Origin: Octopus sinensis
Taxonomy: Eukaryota
Direction: 5' to 3'
Length of the DNA stretch: 64,000 nucleotides
NCBI RefSeq assembly: GCF_006345805.1
Contig: NC_042999.1
Span: 167,462,001-167,526,000 of the forward strand
Shown here: piece after piece, positions 37,286-51,019 of the stretch
How positions within the stretch are numbered: position 1 is the stretch's first letter
Layout: each line of letters starts with the position of its first letter
Made by a program: the position numbers and the translations under genes
The notes under the pieces: model-generated
Databases searched by the model: none
Seen by the model: the letters and a program-made list of their open reading frames with translations, nothing else
What the model was told of the DNA's origin: nothing

Positions 37286-37740
37286 TCTCTTATTATAAAA
37301 GGCAGATTTTATCTGCCTCCCTTTGTCACTTATAGAAATCTACAATATAGGATTTCTTCAATTACAATTTACCTAGCATTTTTAAGAGTAGAATGCATCG
37401 GGTCATGCCAGGTCCAGTTTTTAAAATTTAAACTCCAATTATGCAAAATTTACAGAAAACTCACATTCTGGTGTGTATGTCAAATGCTTTTCTTAGTCTG
37501 GTTTACAGCACACGCAAACGCACACACACAGTGTGCAACGAAGAAAGTGAAACTAATTCACTGTGTGTTGACAGGTAGAAAATAGAATGCGATGGCGATG
37601 TAATATTTGTTTCTGTCTATGACGCTAATAGATACATGAGTAAAATGTATGGGAAGCTAAGAGATAAGAGTGAGTGAAAATGTTCTTGGAAGAGAGTAAA
37701 TAGCGAGAGTGATTTGAGGAAGACTTTACATTAAATAACC
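37286..37740 (+). mobile_element. Probable Helitron 5' fragment
   Basis: a|TCTCTTATTATAAAAG start resembling other Helitron starts here; no 3' end found. Confidence 0.35.
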
Positions 37741-37773
37741 GTAGTGGCTTGTATATATATATATATACATACA

Positions 37774-38036
37774 TAAGACAGTAAGGTGTGATTTGAGGGA
37801 GATTTGGCTGCTATTTCTACCATGTCTAGCTGCCATGTAGGGGTCTCCCTCATAGGCTCATACATACATATATACATAGATAAGACAGTAAGGTGTGATT
37901 TGGGGGAAATTTGGCTGCTATTTCTACCAGGTCTAGCTACCATGTAGAGGTCCCCCTCATTGGCTCATATATATATACATACATAAGACAGTAAGGTGTG
38001 ATTTGAGGGAGATTTGGCTGCTGTTTCTACCAGGTC
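37774..38036 (+). repeat. Three tandem copies of a ~105-bp unit (ataagacagtaaggtgtgatttgagggagatttggctgc...)
   Basis: Units start near 37773, 37881 and 37983. Confidence 0.85.
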
Positions 38037-38360
38037 TGTTAGGCCTTCTCATGTAAACTCAAGCTTTCTCATGCCTTGAACATAAGACCTAAGCAGAGAA
38101 TGTATTCTTTTATTCTTCTGCTTTTTCCAGCCATTGGTCTGTGGCCATGCTGGGGCAATGCCTTGAAGAATTGTACTTTAATGAATCAACTCCAGTTTTA
38201 TTTTTGTAAGCATTGTATTTATTCTATATGTTTCCTTTGTCAAACCACTAGGTGACAGGGATGTAAACAAACCAACATTCGTTGTCAAGCAGTGGTGGAG
38301 GACAATCACAAGCACAGACACGCACACACACACACATACATGCATACACATATACACACA

Positions 38361-38395
<35 letters not shown>

Positions 38396-38410
38396 GTGTG
38401 TATATATATA

Positions 38411-38667
38411 TTGCAGCGTAGAAGGTGTTTGTAAGCCATTTAAGAAACACAAAAACCGTTAGATTCACTTCAACATTTAAATTTAATTTGCCAAAATATT
38501 TTCCTCGCTTTGAGACTGCGACCTGTTCACTGACAAAAATATCGTGCTAACAGGTCGCGGTCTCAAAGCGACGAAAATATTTTGACAAATTAAATTTAAA
38601 TGTTGAAGTGAATCTAACGATTTTTGTGTGTTTCTTAAATGGCTTATAAACACCTTCAACGCTGCAA
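38411..38667. mobile_element. Fold-back element with ~117-bp arms and a 21-bp spacer
   Basis: 38411-38527 inverts 38549-38667. Confidence 0.85.
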
Positions 38668-38745
38668 CTGTTTTCGTTCCAGCACACGATCTCAGATCAA
38701 GTCACTTGCTATGCAAGTACATCTCTGTAACTATATATATATATT

Positions 38746-38776
<31 letters not shown>

Positions 38777-38839
38777 TGGTAAAAACAGTAAGATAACAAA
38801 AGAAAGAAAGAGACCTCAATATTATGTAAATAGAGGAAA

Positions 38840-39234
38840 TCTTTATATATAAAAGTGAGGTTGTGTGTCTGTCTCCTACGATTTAGATTCCTAACTACTC
38901 CCACATTTTGCGGTGCAGTTTAACCAAAACCGGGTATCTTATAATCGTGATTCATATCGAGACCGTCTGGGTATTAGCGCGCGTCTACGATGAGTCTACG
39001 ATTTAAAAAAAAATTTACCATCAATTTTTCCCATTTTTAATCCATTTTTGACATATATAAGGGAAGTAACTCTCTAAAATTTATTATTAAATCTCAGAGC
39101 GTAAAAAGCTACAGTAACACCCCTCCCCCTTTATGGTTAGCCATATTGAGATGGCTATTATACTTTACATCTCTAAAAATGCTTATATAATTATTTCCCT
39201 TACAAACCCGAGCAACGCCGGGCGATACTGCTGG
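38840..39234 (+). mobile_element. Non-autonomous Helitron (family H1), uninterrupted
   Basis: A|TC start, 3' hairpin, CTGG|T end; homologous to 2600-6237. Confidence 0.85.
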
Positions 39235-40375
39235 TATATATATAAAACAGCAGATGGATTAGTGTGTCAATTCCCTACAGCTGTTTCCAACGAACATTTA
39301 ATTGATTAATGAAGACATTACATCACTAGAAAAAAAAACCTTTTCATCAGGTAAATACATGAACAACAACATTCAGAAACATTTTAAAATCAATGGCATA
39401 TGCACCTTCATGAGTCTACGCGCCCAAGGGCTAGTTATATACTCAGTCTGTTTCAATTAGTCCTATACATAATCCGAATATCTTTCTGCGTGTACTTCGG
39501 TACCCACCTGTGCATTCGTCTACCTTTGTTGTGTATGCATTTTAATTCTGACCCGACCTGGTACCTTAACATTTAAGAATCTGGTTCATTTGAAACCTAA
39601 TCTTTTATGTATCTAATTATTTATTTGTATCAGTAATCGGACTACAGCCGTGATGGGGCAAAACATCGAAGGGTATTAGTCCAACGAATCAACCCCACTA
39701 TTAATTTTCTTGTCAGCATAGTTCTTATTCTATCAGTCTCTTATGCCGATCCACTAGATTACGAGAACGTAAACAAACCAACACTGGTTTTCAAGCTTTG
39801 GCAGGGGACAAGCACAAACACAAAACACACGCATGCGTGTGCACACACCCTCGGGCACGCAGAGCAAAGCGATATCTACAATCTAGGGAATTAAAAAGTA
39901 GTGAATTTATGGATTATATTTAAAACTCAGCGTATACTGAATACGTGGCGAGGAGAGGATTAGAAGGAAAGATAGGCCTACTGAAAGAAAATAAGCATAG
40001 AGAGGAAAACAGAATAGAGACATAGAAATGAGAAAGACAGAGTCGGTGGGGATAAATGGAAAGTACAAGTGTGTGTGTGTGTGTATTAATTCGTATTTAG
40101 GTTAAGATGCATATGAGTACGTTTGGAAGTATGTGTGTTCGAGTTATGGTAAGAACAAAATTGAAGAAATACCAAAACAAAAAAAAAATGTATATGAAAT
40201 TTTTATATTAGATATTAGGACATTTTTCCAGAAAATAATTAAAATTTTGTTCTGGTTGACTTACAGCATCCAGTAAGTAACAGTGCGTAGATTTTTGAGA
40301 AGTTACTATATTCTATAAGGTTTGGTATTTTTGTAGCATTATGGCACAGTGTCTAAATATAAGTTAATATAAGTA

Positions 40376-40600
40376 AAGCGGCGGGTTGGCAGAATCGTTA
40401 GCACGCCGGGCGAAATTCTTACCGGTATTTTGTCTACCGTTACATTCTGAGTTCAAATTGAGGCGAGGTCGACTTTGCATTTCATGCTTTCGAAGTCGAT
40501 TAAAATAAGTACCAGTTACGCACTCGAGTCGATGTAATCGACTTAATCCCTTAGTTTGTCCCTTCTATGTTTAGCCCCCTGTAGGCAATAAAGAAATAGA
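40376..40600 (+). mobile_element. tRNA-derived SINE family B
   Basis: A-box-like tggcagaatcg, B-box-like gagttcaaatt, body gtcgactttgc.tttcat...ataagtaccag. Minus-strand relatives at ~43000-43450, 45305-45510, 57040-57380, 59500-59967 and 60368-60470. Confidence 0.8.
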
Positions 40601-40777
40601 TATAAATATTTGTAAATAAAATTCAGCACAAATGTATAACTTTTTACGAAGTGGGAGTATTTTCTTTTGTGAATGGATTTGTTTACGGAAATACCATCTT
40701 AAACTACTCAAGTCTTTTTATAATCTGTTTCCTTCAAATAAATGTTCCAAATGTTAAAAATATTTTAAGCGATATTC

Positions 40778-40859
<82 letters not shown>

Positions 40860-42379
40860 TAAATCTGAGACACACATACGTACACACATACAAACGTGTG
40901 TAAGGATCCGGGAGAATGGTGGTATCATGAGATTATATCAACAAATTCTAATCAACAAAAACTCTATTTAGTTTAATTTACAGATCTATAAATTTTTCAT
41001 CTCATTAGTAGACTAAATACAATTTCAGAATGCGCCATATTTTGAAGTAAATTCAAATAAAACATCGCACAGCTGTTCTTAATGGGTCATTTTTATTTTA
41101 GTTTACCGAAAATCTAACCAAGACTGTTTTAATTTTCAATCTACACTGTATCATATACATTTCTATGAAATATTTCATCAATAACACGCCATAAACTTTC
41201 TACTATCCCTGCTATTGAAATGTTATCTGATATTGATAAATATATATGAATATGAGATTCTTGAGTAGATATGCACGATGATGTGTTTATCAAGATATCA
41301 CCCACACAGAAAGTAGTAATATAACATTGTCAACGTCGGGAATACTGCAAATATCATGGTGATGATATCAGTAGTTCATAAAACATTTAGTGTTCCTTAT
41401 CAGTAAATTTCTTTATTTCTCGAGCTACATAGAACTTCAGGGTTTGTACCCAACTCTTGTTACCAAAAGCAGTAAGTGAATGATAAAAAAAAATCTGCTG
41501 AAGATTTCAGAAACTGAGCATCTATTTCCTATTAGTACGTGAACTAAGAATTTATGTATAAAGTCTCCTACAACAAAGACAATGGAATGCTTTTCTGAAG
41601 ATACGGTTCGTTATAAAATATCAGCAAAATAATACACAGTTAAGTGGGGTGTCGTTAATAACGTATCTCAAAAGACAAATAAATAAAATATTTTATTTAA
41701 GTACTACATTCTCTTAGCAATCGGTTTGATCTCGAAATATCAATTTATTAGCACAAGCTAGAATTTGTAGATGAGTGCTACAGTGGCCTGAATCCACTGC
41801 ATTCATTTTATTAGCCTCAGAGTAAAGACAATAGAAAGTGTCTTCTCTGTAATTTGAAAAAAGAATGTAATTTGAATAAAGTATAAGAAATTCAGTTTGG
41901 GGCTTTACTGCTTCTACCAACTGTCAATTTCAACTACATTAAGATCGAATGCAGCAGACGCGACTGCGGTAGATTTTGAGCACCTGATATATCGAATTAA
42001 TGATATATCATAGAATTAACGATATAGATGAATCACTCCAAATATAAGGCTTCACAATTACCAAGAATCTCTGTTAGTGAAAGTAACTTCTTAGCATAGC
42101 TGGAGCAGCATCCCAAGCACTGGCTCATATCTTCGAGACCAGAAAATATTTCATTCTTTCACAATTATCGACAATCTACAAAACTTAGATAAGGCCCACA
42201 ATGGAGTATTGGTCCCACATCTGAAACAATGACGTAATGCTCACACACACGCACACTGGCTCGCCTTCAGAGAAAGACCACTCGACTGATTGGTATAAAT
42301 TCACTCAAAAATACGCTCTAACCTGTTTTTGCTTGTTTTGTTTTTCCGTTGTTACTAGAATTACCCCAGTTTCTCCGAG

Positions 42380-42670
42380 TTGACTTGTGCTTCTTCCACC
42401 CCGGCCTTCCTGACCTACTCGTCTCTCTTTCGCTTACCTTTTTTTATTGTGTGTACCTCCTCTCCAAGAGCTCACACTGACTATCATGCCAAGTCATTCC
42501 ACTCCAGAACATATGTTGTTTGGTATCATCTCCCTTCTAATGAGTTCCTCGTAGATATGGACTTGCAACATAGATAAAACCTAAAATTAACGACTTCACT
42601 CTCATCAGACTCGCAGTCTCATGAGTCCATGGTCATTACAGCGTCCTCTAGATTCAAGCAAACAAAAAAA
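42380..42670 (+). mobile_element. Old LINE 3' fragment (RT C-terminus)
   Basis: KSFHSRTYVVWYHLP..DLQ resembles the SFFPRT..WNSLP tail of APE LINE ORF2 proteins; A-rich end. Confidence 0.5.
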
Positions 42671-43789
42671 AGGAGAGATTCTCTTCCCTTGAACAACTAA
42701 GTTTGTGTATGTAATATCACAGCACTCTATAATTACTCTTTCCCATTAAAGAATGAATTTCTATTTAAGTAAGAAATTAAATTTTACTCCACAGCATAGT
42801 GAGTGGTTGAGATCGATAAGGTATTCCACAACCAAGACCAGATAAGCTTATTCAATAGAACAATCCTTAGTTGAATATATAGGAAAGATATAGACACAGT
42901 ATCCCACTTCTTTAAATAGTGTATTTGCACTCAGATGGATTTTTTAAAACTTAAACACAAAGCCACAAATATATGGAAAGTGAGCAGCCGATTAAATCGA
43001 CAATTTTTCATTGTGGCTTCTCCATTTTACGGACACCAGAAGGTTGGAAAACAATATCGACGCCGATGAAATTTGAACTCAAAATATAAAGAAACAGAAC
43101 TAACTACCACAAATCACTTTATCTGCCGCCCTATTTATTTTTGAAATCCACCCCTGTTTTATATAACTAATCATAATAGTTTCTAATATAGACATAGAAG
43201 GCCACAAATTTGATAGGAGGAATATCGTACATTAAATTGTTTATTTGAAATTTAGGTATAAAGCAGTTTTGAGAGGAGGGGTTAGTTGATACCTTTAATT
43301 CCAGTACTTGACTGGTATTTTATTTATTCAATCCTGGAAGGATGAAAGCAAAGTTAACATCGGTGGGATTTACTCAAAATGCAAAGAAACGTTGCAATTT
43401 ACTACAAGGCATTTGATTAACCACGCCGTATTTTCTGCCATTTGCTACCCTTGATACTGCTAATCATAATAAAAACCAATATTGAATCTTATGGGGCAAG
43501 GTCTATGATAAGAAAGCCATGTATTTTTACACTTTAAACATAATATGTTGATTAAGAATTTTATATTGTAAAGTTAGTGAAATGAGATCGAGTAGAAAGT
43601 TTATCTTCTTACAACATACGGGATTCCCAAGTCACCTGTTTAAATTCATGAATGAGTTAATTCTATATATCAGAATTAGCCTCACCTTCTCTGTTTCTAA
43701 TTACTTTCCATTTCATCTCGAATAACCTAATCTTCAATCGTCTTCAGTGATATAAAGGTAAAACAAAATAATTACTATGTACAAATACT

Positions 43790-44425
43790 ATGTACATGAC
43801 CTTTGTTCTCAGTCGCCTGGACTACTGCTCTCAGCTATGGTCACCACGTAGTGCCAAACTAACAGCGGAGCCTGGAGCGGTTCAACGTCACTACACTAAA
43901 AAGATTGTAACAGTGCAGCATCTGAGTTACAGGGAGAGGCTGAAGAAAATTACAAGGTGCGGCATATGTAATAATCTACATATGGGAAACTCTAGAAGGG
44001 CTAGTACTTAATTTCGGCATTGAATATACAAATGCCAGAACTGGACACTATTGTATTGTACCAAAAGTACCATCCACTTCATCTAAATGCAGGACCAGGT
44101 ACTGTAATAACCTAACATTCAAAGGCCCACAGCCCTTCAAAGCTCTGCCACAGAAATTAAGAAATCTCCATAATGTGGACGTAGATGTCTTCAAAAAGGA
44201 ACTGGACATCTTCCTCTCCACAATACCAGATGGACCGACAGCCAGGCACGAGGTACAGAAGAGGGTAGCAGAATTAAACTCCCTCACACACTAAAAGGGC
44301 CAACAGTTGGGACAATGGCACATACAGGTGTGGTGACGTGAAACACCCCAGCCTGAAGAAATCAGCAAAACAACGGTGGTACTCCAGTATGACCGCAGCT
44401 CCAAGGTTGAAATGAATAAAAGAAT
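43790..44425 (+). mobile_element. CR1-group LINE 3' fragment
   Basis: VLSRLDYCSQLWSP, LSYRERLKK; 3' hairpin variant at ~44370-44415. Confidence 0.88.
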
Positions 44426-44856
44426 ACATGATTACATTATTTTGATTTGATACAAATAGGTCAAAATTAGAAAAAAATAATTTTAAAAATGCTAATGCTC
44501 AATAAACTTAAATTTTTAATTAGTGAGAAGTGACTATAAAATTATTATGATTACCCTTTTATACACCTATGTTTGTAAATTCTAATTCTTTGCATTCATA
44601 TTTTCACTGAAGTCGTCGACTTGGAAGTGTTCCCACTAAACATCAACTGTATCAATTTAACCAGTCTCAAGAATATATGGATCATGGCTACACTTTGTTC
44701 TTGCAGGTTAAAACTACAAAACGAAATTACATCAAATGGAAATGTCTTGCTTGTTTGTTTTTATTGTGCAAGGGAGGGGTGCAGTAAATGTGAAGAGGGC
44801 ACTATGGCGGGGTAGATGTTTACGGAGGTCATGATTTTTCGTAGAAAGTATTCATA

Positions 44857-45019
44857 GGCGCAGGAGTGGCTGTGTGGTAAGTAGCTTGCTAACCAACCAC
44901 ATGGTTCCGGGTTCAGTCCCACTGCGTGGCACCTTGGGCAAATGTCTTCTGCTATAGCCCGGGGCCGACCAATGCCTTGTGAGTGGATTTGGTAGACGGA
45001 AACTGAAAGAAGCCTGTCG

Positions 45020-45068
<49 letters not shown>

Positions 45069-45287
45069 TTGTGTGTCTGCGTTTGTCCCCCTAGCATTGC
45101 TTGACAACCGATGCTGGTGTGTTTACGTCCCCGTCACTTAGCGGTTCGGCAAAAGAGACCGATAGAATAAGTACTGGGCTTACAAAGAATAAGTCCCGGG
45201 GTCGATTTGCTCGACTAAAGGCGGTGCTCCAGCATGGCCGCAGTCAAATGACTGAAACAAGTAGAAGAGTAAAAGAGTAAAAAGAGT
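44857..45287 (+). mobile_element. tRNA-derived CORE-like SINE family A, full length
   Basis: tRNA-like head (TGGCTGTGTGG, GGTTCAGTCCC), accttgggcaa CORE-like block, internal microsatellite, CR1-like 3' hairpin, (GTAAAAGA)n tail. Confidence 0.9.
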
Positions 45288-47599
45288 ATGTAAACCTAAT
45301 ATTCGTTTCAAATGTTGGTAGAAGGCCAGCAATTTCGGGGAAGCGGGGAAGGTGACCCCATAGACCCTAGTGCTCAACTATTACTTATGTTATCGACCCC
45401 GAAAGAATGAAAGGTAAAGTCGACTTCGGTGGAAGCTAATAACAGGCGAAATGCAGCTAAGCATTTTTCCCGGGGGGTGGGTAACTACTCTGTCAGCTCG
45501 CTGCCTTAATATGAACCTAATATTAAAAGTACATTTTCCACATATAAAAGAATCAATAAATCTTTCTTGGGATGATAATATGAGGTAGAATCCTAACAAG
45601 ATTCAATAAAATTTCATTATATAAATTTTCACCTTCTTTAGGGATTTCCTATAAATGCTTATCAGGCGGGATTCTAATAACTAGAATGAGGTACGTGTTG
45701 ATGGCTTAGTATAAGAAAATGTGGCTAATATACCACTGCACACAATAGTTTCTGTTTGGTTGAAATAATCACTACTTTTCTCGCCCCTAATAGGTGAAGA
45801 AAAGTGTTTATAAAATGCCAGTCACCGAAAGGGAGCGCTGATCTGCAAAATGCTTTTATACAGCTATTACTTTAGAACCATTACTTTAGAAAAATGTTTT
45901 ATATTGTACGATGGAAAAAAAACCCTTCAAACAATGAACGTTCTATGAAGAGAAAGAATTGCTTGAAAAATACACTTCTATATATTGAAGTGATTCATAG
46001 TAGATGTTCAATTAAATATAAACAAATAGGATATGTGTTAACGTTTTTTCTTTCATGGAAAATGTTTATATCTTTATTGTCCCACGTATTCACAACACAT
46101 GAGACTCAAATTATATGTTTTATTCACTAATTCATTTTTCTTCTTCGAAAATAAGAACCAGAATGTAATTTTAGTAGCTAACAACATGTTTAGAGAAGAC
46201 GGAACTTTTCTGCCAACACTGCGATGTAATCTATTGAATAGCTTGCCTGGATTTCTCTCTACTACATAGATGCATAGCAATACACGCATATAACATATAC
46301 ACACGAATAAAAATGCCGGCAATGTGTGTATATAGAGATTTCAATACTATCATCACCTGACATATAATTGACTACACGTTTTTCTATCGTTAATTGTTTG
46401 GTTTTTAACAGTCAGTCTATAAGCATGCCATCACATTCTAGTTCAATCGTTAGTAAACAAAAAGAACTGAGAACTGATCTTTAGAGTCAAGAAGGGTCAG
46501 AACCTACTAATTTTATATTTTATATGCACGTAATTCTGAAAAACAAGAAAGCTTTAACTCGCTTTTCAAGATATTATTTTAGTATTGATTAAAGTAGCTT
46601 ACAAATTGAATACGCATTATCCTTACGTTGTATAATCTGAAATGAGTTTACAACGCAGACAGCGAGCAGATTGGCTAATCAAAGTGTAGGATGTGCTAAG
46701 TGTCAGTTCTTAACTTAATTGTGTTATCATTTGGATTCCACATTCTCCACTTTTGTACATGTCATAACATAAAATATTTAATAGAGGAAGTTATATGTTA
46801 GCAATAGCCAGAAATGTCTAATTTCCTGGTACATAACAGAAAAACTCTAACTACTGAGGTTATTTAGTTTCTATGTAAAATACAAATTCTTTTTTCTTTT
46901 CCCCTCTACACATAAAGGCAAGTAACATAATAGGTATTAGTTTGAGTTAATGATGTTCAATGAATAACATTAGTTTCACAGGTGTTTTCCATCGGATACC
47001 ATTTTGTTAGTATTTTGTAGAATATTATTAAATTGAAGGAGTAATTAGTATAACGGTATAAATGTGTCCTGGAAGAATTTATAAAGAATTCCAAAGAGGA
47101 CTGAATGGCGCAAGTACTTTTGAATAATGCTAGCCTAAAATGGGACAAGCTAAAAATTGTTGGTACTAAAAGACGTATAGAGTTACAAAAAGAATATTGT
47201 GACCATGTGTTCCCAGTTAATAAAATACATCGCTGAAATATTACAATAAGGAGAAAGATGTAATTGGAATTTGTCTTATATTTCTTTTTGTGTGAGAGGT
47301 TTCAAATAAAATGCCTCGAAATAAATATCGAATTCTGATATAAAAGCAATAGAATAATTACAAACTGACTTTGAAATAGGCTCGTAAATGATAACTATAA
47401 AATGCTTTGTTATAGATCTTTGTGGCAAGGAAAGGACTAGTATTGATGCATTTTTCTGAAATATTTATTATTAGAGTTTCTATATTGTATATAATAATAA
47501 AAGATGTAATGTTTAACTAAAATAGAGAAGTTGATACACATTTGTTTCAAAGAAATGTATATAAGTGCGGAAATATATCAATTCCTTTTTACAATAAGT

Positions 47600-49560
47600 A
47601 AATGCAAACAACTTTGGATGCAAGCAGTGCTATAGAACCTTTGCAACTGTGATGGGCTTGAAGATACATCAGGGAAAGACTTGTGAGAAGAGGACAGAGC
47701 AGTGTGGATCATCAGATCGTAAAACACGTGGCAAATCATCCCCGGACTCAAACCACAGCGGATCGATAAATGCTACTGCAGAGACCTCTTCACGTGATGA
47801 AACTACAAGTCATGAAACTGGTGCATCGGATAATACTCAGAGGAAACCGAGGGTTTGTGGCCTGCTGCTAATGAGAAAGGGAAATATAAAGAGTTTGAAA
47901 ACAAGGTTTGTCGGGCTCTTTATAAAATGACAGGCTCTACAGTGGAGAAACTGGGTAAATTATCAAGCTCAATATACGATATAGGAAAATATTTATTTGG
48001 AGTAAAAGAGAATATCCGACTAGAGAAAGGAAAGTGTGGACCAAGCAGGAGGATCAGGAAATTGCAGCAGTTGGGGAAGCAAAAGACCAACCTAAGAAAG
48101 CGATGGAGATGTGCTACACTAGATGAGAAACCTGGCCTTGCGCTGCTGTATAACGATTTGAAGAGGAAATGTCGTTATGTGCAACGACATATCTGCCGAT
48201 ATGAGCGTCGAAAGGAGAGTAAAAGGACTCGGAGGCAGTTTCTGAAGGACCCGTACGGATTTATTAAGAAGCTGTTCAATGAACCGAAGAGTGGTTCTTT
48301 ATCGTGCACAAAAGAAGAATTGGATGCTCATATCAAGGAAACCTACAGCGATTCTCTCCGTAACCAGCCACTGCCACCTCTACATGGGCTAAGTCATCTC
48401 TCAGGACCTGATATCGAATTCCAGATTGGGGACATCAGGGAGAGAGAGGTGAATGACTTCGTAAGAAAAGCTAGAGCAAAGAGTGCCTCAGGAGGTGATG
48501 GCGTCTCATATAAAGTCTACAACTATTGCAATCGTCTGCGAAAGAAGCTCTTTGTCCTACTCCGACAACTGTGGCGCGAGGAGACTATAGTAGAGGATTG
48601 GTGTCAAGCAGAAGGTATATACCTGCCGAAAGAGGCCAATGCAAAGACCATTAAACAGTTTAGGCCAATATCCTTATTGAATGTGAAAGGCAAGATCTTT
48701 ATGGGAATTCTGTCGAGGAGAACAGTGACATATTTACAGAATAACGGATATGTTGATGAATCTGTTCAAAAGGCCGGAATCCCTGGGATCCCTGGATGCG
48801 TTGAACACTATTTTTCGATTTGGAAAGCGATCCAGGACACCAAACAGAACAAGAAAAGTCTGAACGTGGTGTGGCTGGACCTAGCTAACGCGTATGATTC
48901 AGTGCCACACGAATTACTAATGAGAGCCATGGACCACTTCCACATTCCAGACAAAGTGATCAAAGTAATGAGGATGTACTATGACAGTTTCGAAATGAGG
49001 TTTACAACTGGTTTTCTTTCCCATCCCAATTACGAAAAAAACCAGATATTTTGATGTGGTGTGAAAGAAAGAAAGTTGTAAATATAGTCGAGTTAACGGT
49101 TCCTCATGAAGATAATATGGACGCCGCTCGGGCTCGAAAATTTAACCGTTATGTAAACCTCCTCGAGGAATGTGAAGACGCAGGCTGGAAAGCGGAACAT
49201 TTTCCAATCGAAGTCGGATGTAGAGGGTTCGTTGGACACAGTGTGAGACGACTGTTGTTATCGCTAGGCCTAACTCATCGTAAAGTCAATACCACCATGA
49301 CCGATATCCAATCTACAGTGGAGAAGGCTAGCCACTGGATTTGGTTAAAAAGAGACGATGAGCGATGGATAGAAGGATATTGAGCTAAATTTTATAACCA
49401 GCTGATCTAGCAAGCGGGGCCTCATATCAGTGAGGGGGGCCGGTGAGCATTGATTCCGTCGAGAGGTAGGCCCCGAAACGGTGCGCATTCTCTCCTGATG
49501 ACCCCATACACTTGCTAGCTTCCGGTATACGGAGACTGGTAGCACTTGCATGTGCAAGTT
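47600..49560 (+). mobile_element. HERO-like RLE non-LTR retrotransposon, frameshifted and internally deleted
   Basis: CKQC..GLKIHQGKTC finger at 47619; WPAA; RRQFLKDPYGF; FRPISLLNV; PGCVEH; WLDLANAYDSVPH; then KPDILMW..VELTVPHE..IEVGCRGF. Confidence 0.88.
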
Positions 49561-51019
49561 GTTTGCAAGACATCTAAGTTATAGCGTAGTAGATTAATAT
49601 AATATAGAATGCCGATTAAACTTTTCGTTCGGATAACGATAATCTGTTGATCACTCAAACATTCTGTGTAGATACCAAATTCTAAATAAAATATAAAATA
49701 TAAGCATATAAAGAATCATTTGATATGTTTGTTGCGTTCCAAACGAAATTATTCGTTGTTTGCAGAAACTGTACTCGAGATAAGGTTAAATTATTCATGG
49801 TTTAATACGATTGTAAATAACAAACTGTAAAGTATTTATCAGTAATGTATACGTGCTGATATTTGTAATTCAGACTATAATCTTTTTGAAACGTTTTCCT
49901 TTACAGTATATCTCCAGCTTGATGACGAAGATAATATAGTAAGATAGGCGATTTAGCAGTGAGCTAATTATTCAGTTAAAATAACCTACTGCGTTAGTGG
50001 GTTGCGTTAGTTGGTTCCGCCCTCATCAGACAGAACCTGTGTCAGCTAAAGGAAAAGTAATTTTTTTAAGAAATACATATAATTTTTCTTAGTACTTATA
50101 TAATATCATTAAAATGTAACTTCGTTTGTCATACTTATGCAACCGGTTATTCGAAACCGTTGCAACTGTTTCTATAATTAATCTACGCAGTTATTTTATA
50201 TTGCAGACAGAGTTGTACTGCTTTTTAAAATGTAGACAAACTATTCACTTCTTAATGTTTTACATAGAAAAAATTCTCCTCTCAATCATCATTTATTAAG
50301 TTTTGTATTCATCTAATTTATTTTTTTCGCATATATCTCACGTTATGAAATATATTTTTCTCAGCATTTCTTTACTTAATGGGTGACCTTATTACTGTCT
50401 AGTACTTTCCCAAAGAAATATGCAAGAACTTTATACAGGAAATTTTCCCGGAATGTTTTTCATAATCCGGCAATTAACGGAGTGGGAGGCAACCATTTCA
50501 AGAATGATATAATCTTGATAAAGTAGAGTTATTAATTGTATATTAAAGTGTTAAGTCAGTATACAAAGAATAAAGCTCCTTATTTAAATCCTGGTGTCTT
50601 CCTTCATTTTCCCCTCTTAAAGGGTATTAAAAGGGGGCTAGGTAATGGATTGATTTTGTGCTAGATAGACTGAAATAGCGGATTAGTTTGGGCTTGTTAC
50701 TTTAGGGACTCGTACTGACAGTTTATTGCTTTCTTAGTTGTGGTTATTTGTAAGAAAATGTTTATATGAACCAAGCATTCAAGATTTACTGACTGAAATA
50801 CACACACACACACTCACACACACACACTAAACACACACACATACTATGAATGTATGCATTACGGTAATACAAATTTTAATAACACTGTACACTCTATCAA
50901 AGAGATACATCTTCTTGCTAAATCGGTGTTCTGATAGCAAAAGTTCATTTCGGTTTAAAGTTCGGCATCTTTGAAACAATCTAATTATTTTATTAAAGTT
51001 TCCACAACTGAGAAGTTAG

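Noticed and set aside
37774-38036. CRISPR-like array
   Set aside because: Whole units repeat with no unique spacers; no cas genes; eukaryotic context.
44857-44930. tRNA gene
   Set aside because: SINE head; runs into CORE-like body and recurs many times.
45241-45258. LINE/SINE 3' hairpin plus GAAAC as a hammerhead half
   Set aside because: No CUGANGA upstream in any copy; better explained as an RT-recognition stem-loop.
50015-50040. CTGATGA on the minus strand
   Set aside because: No stem II partner or GAAA; not a hammerhead.
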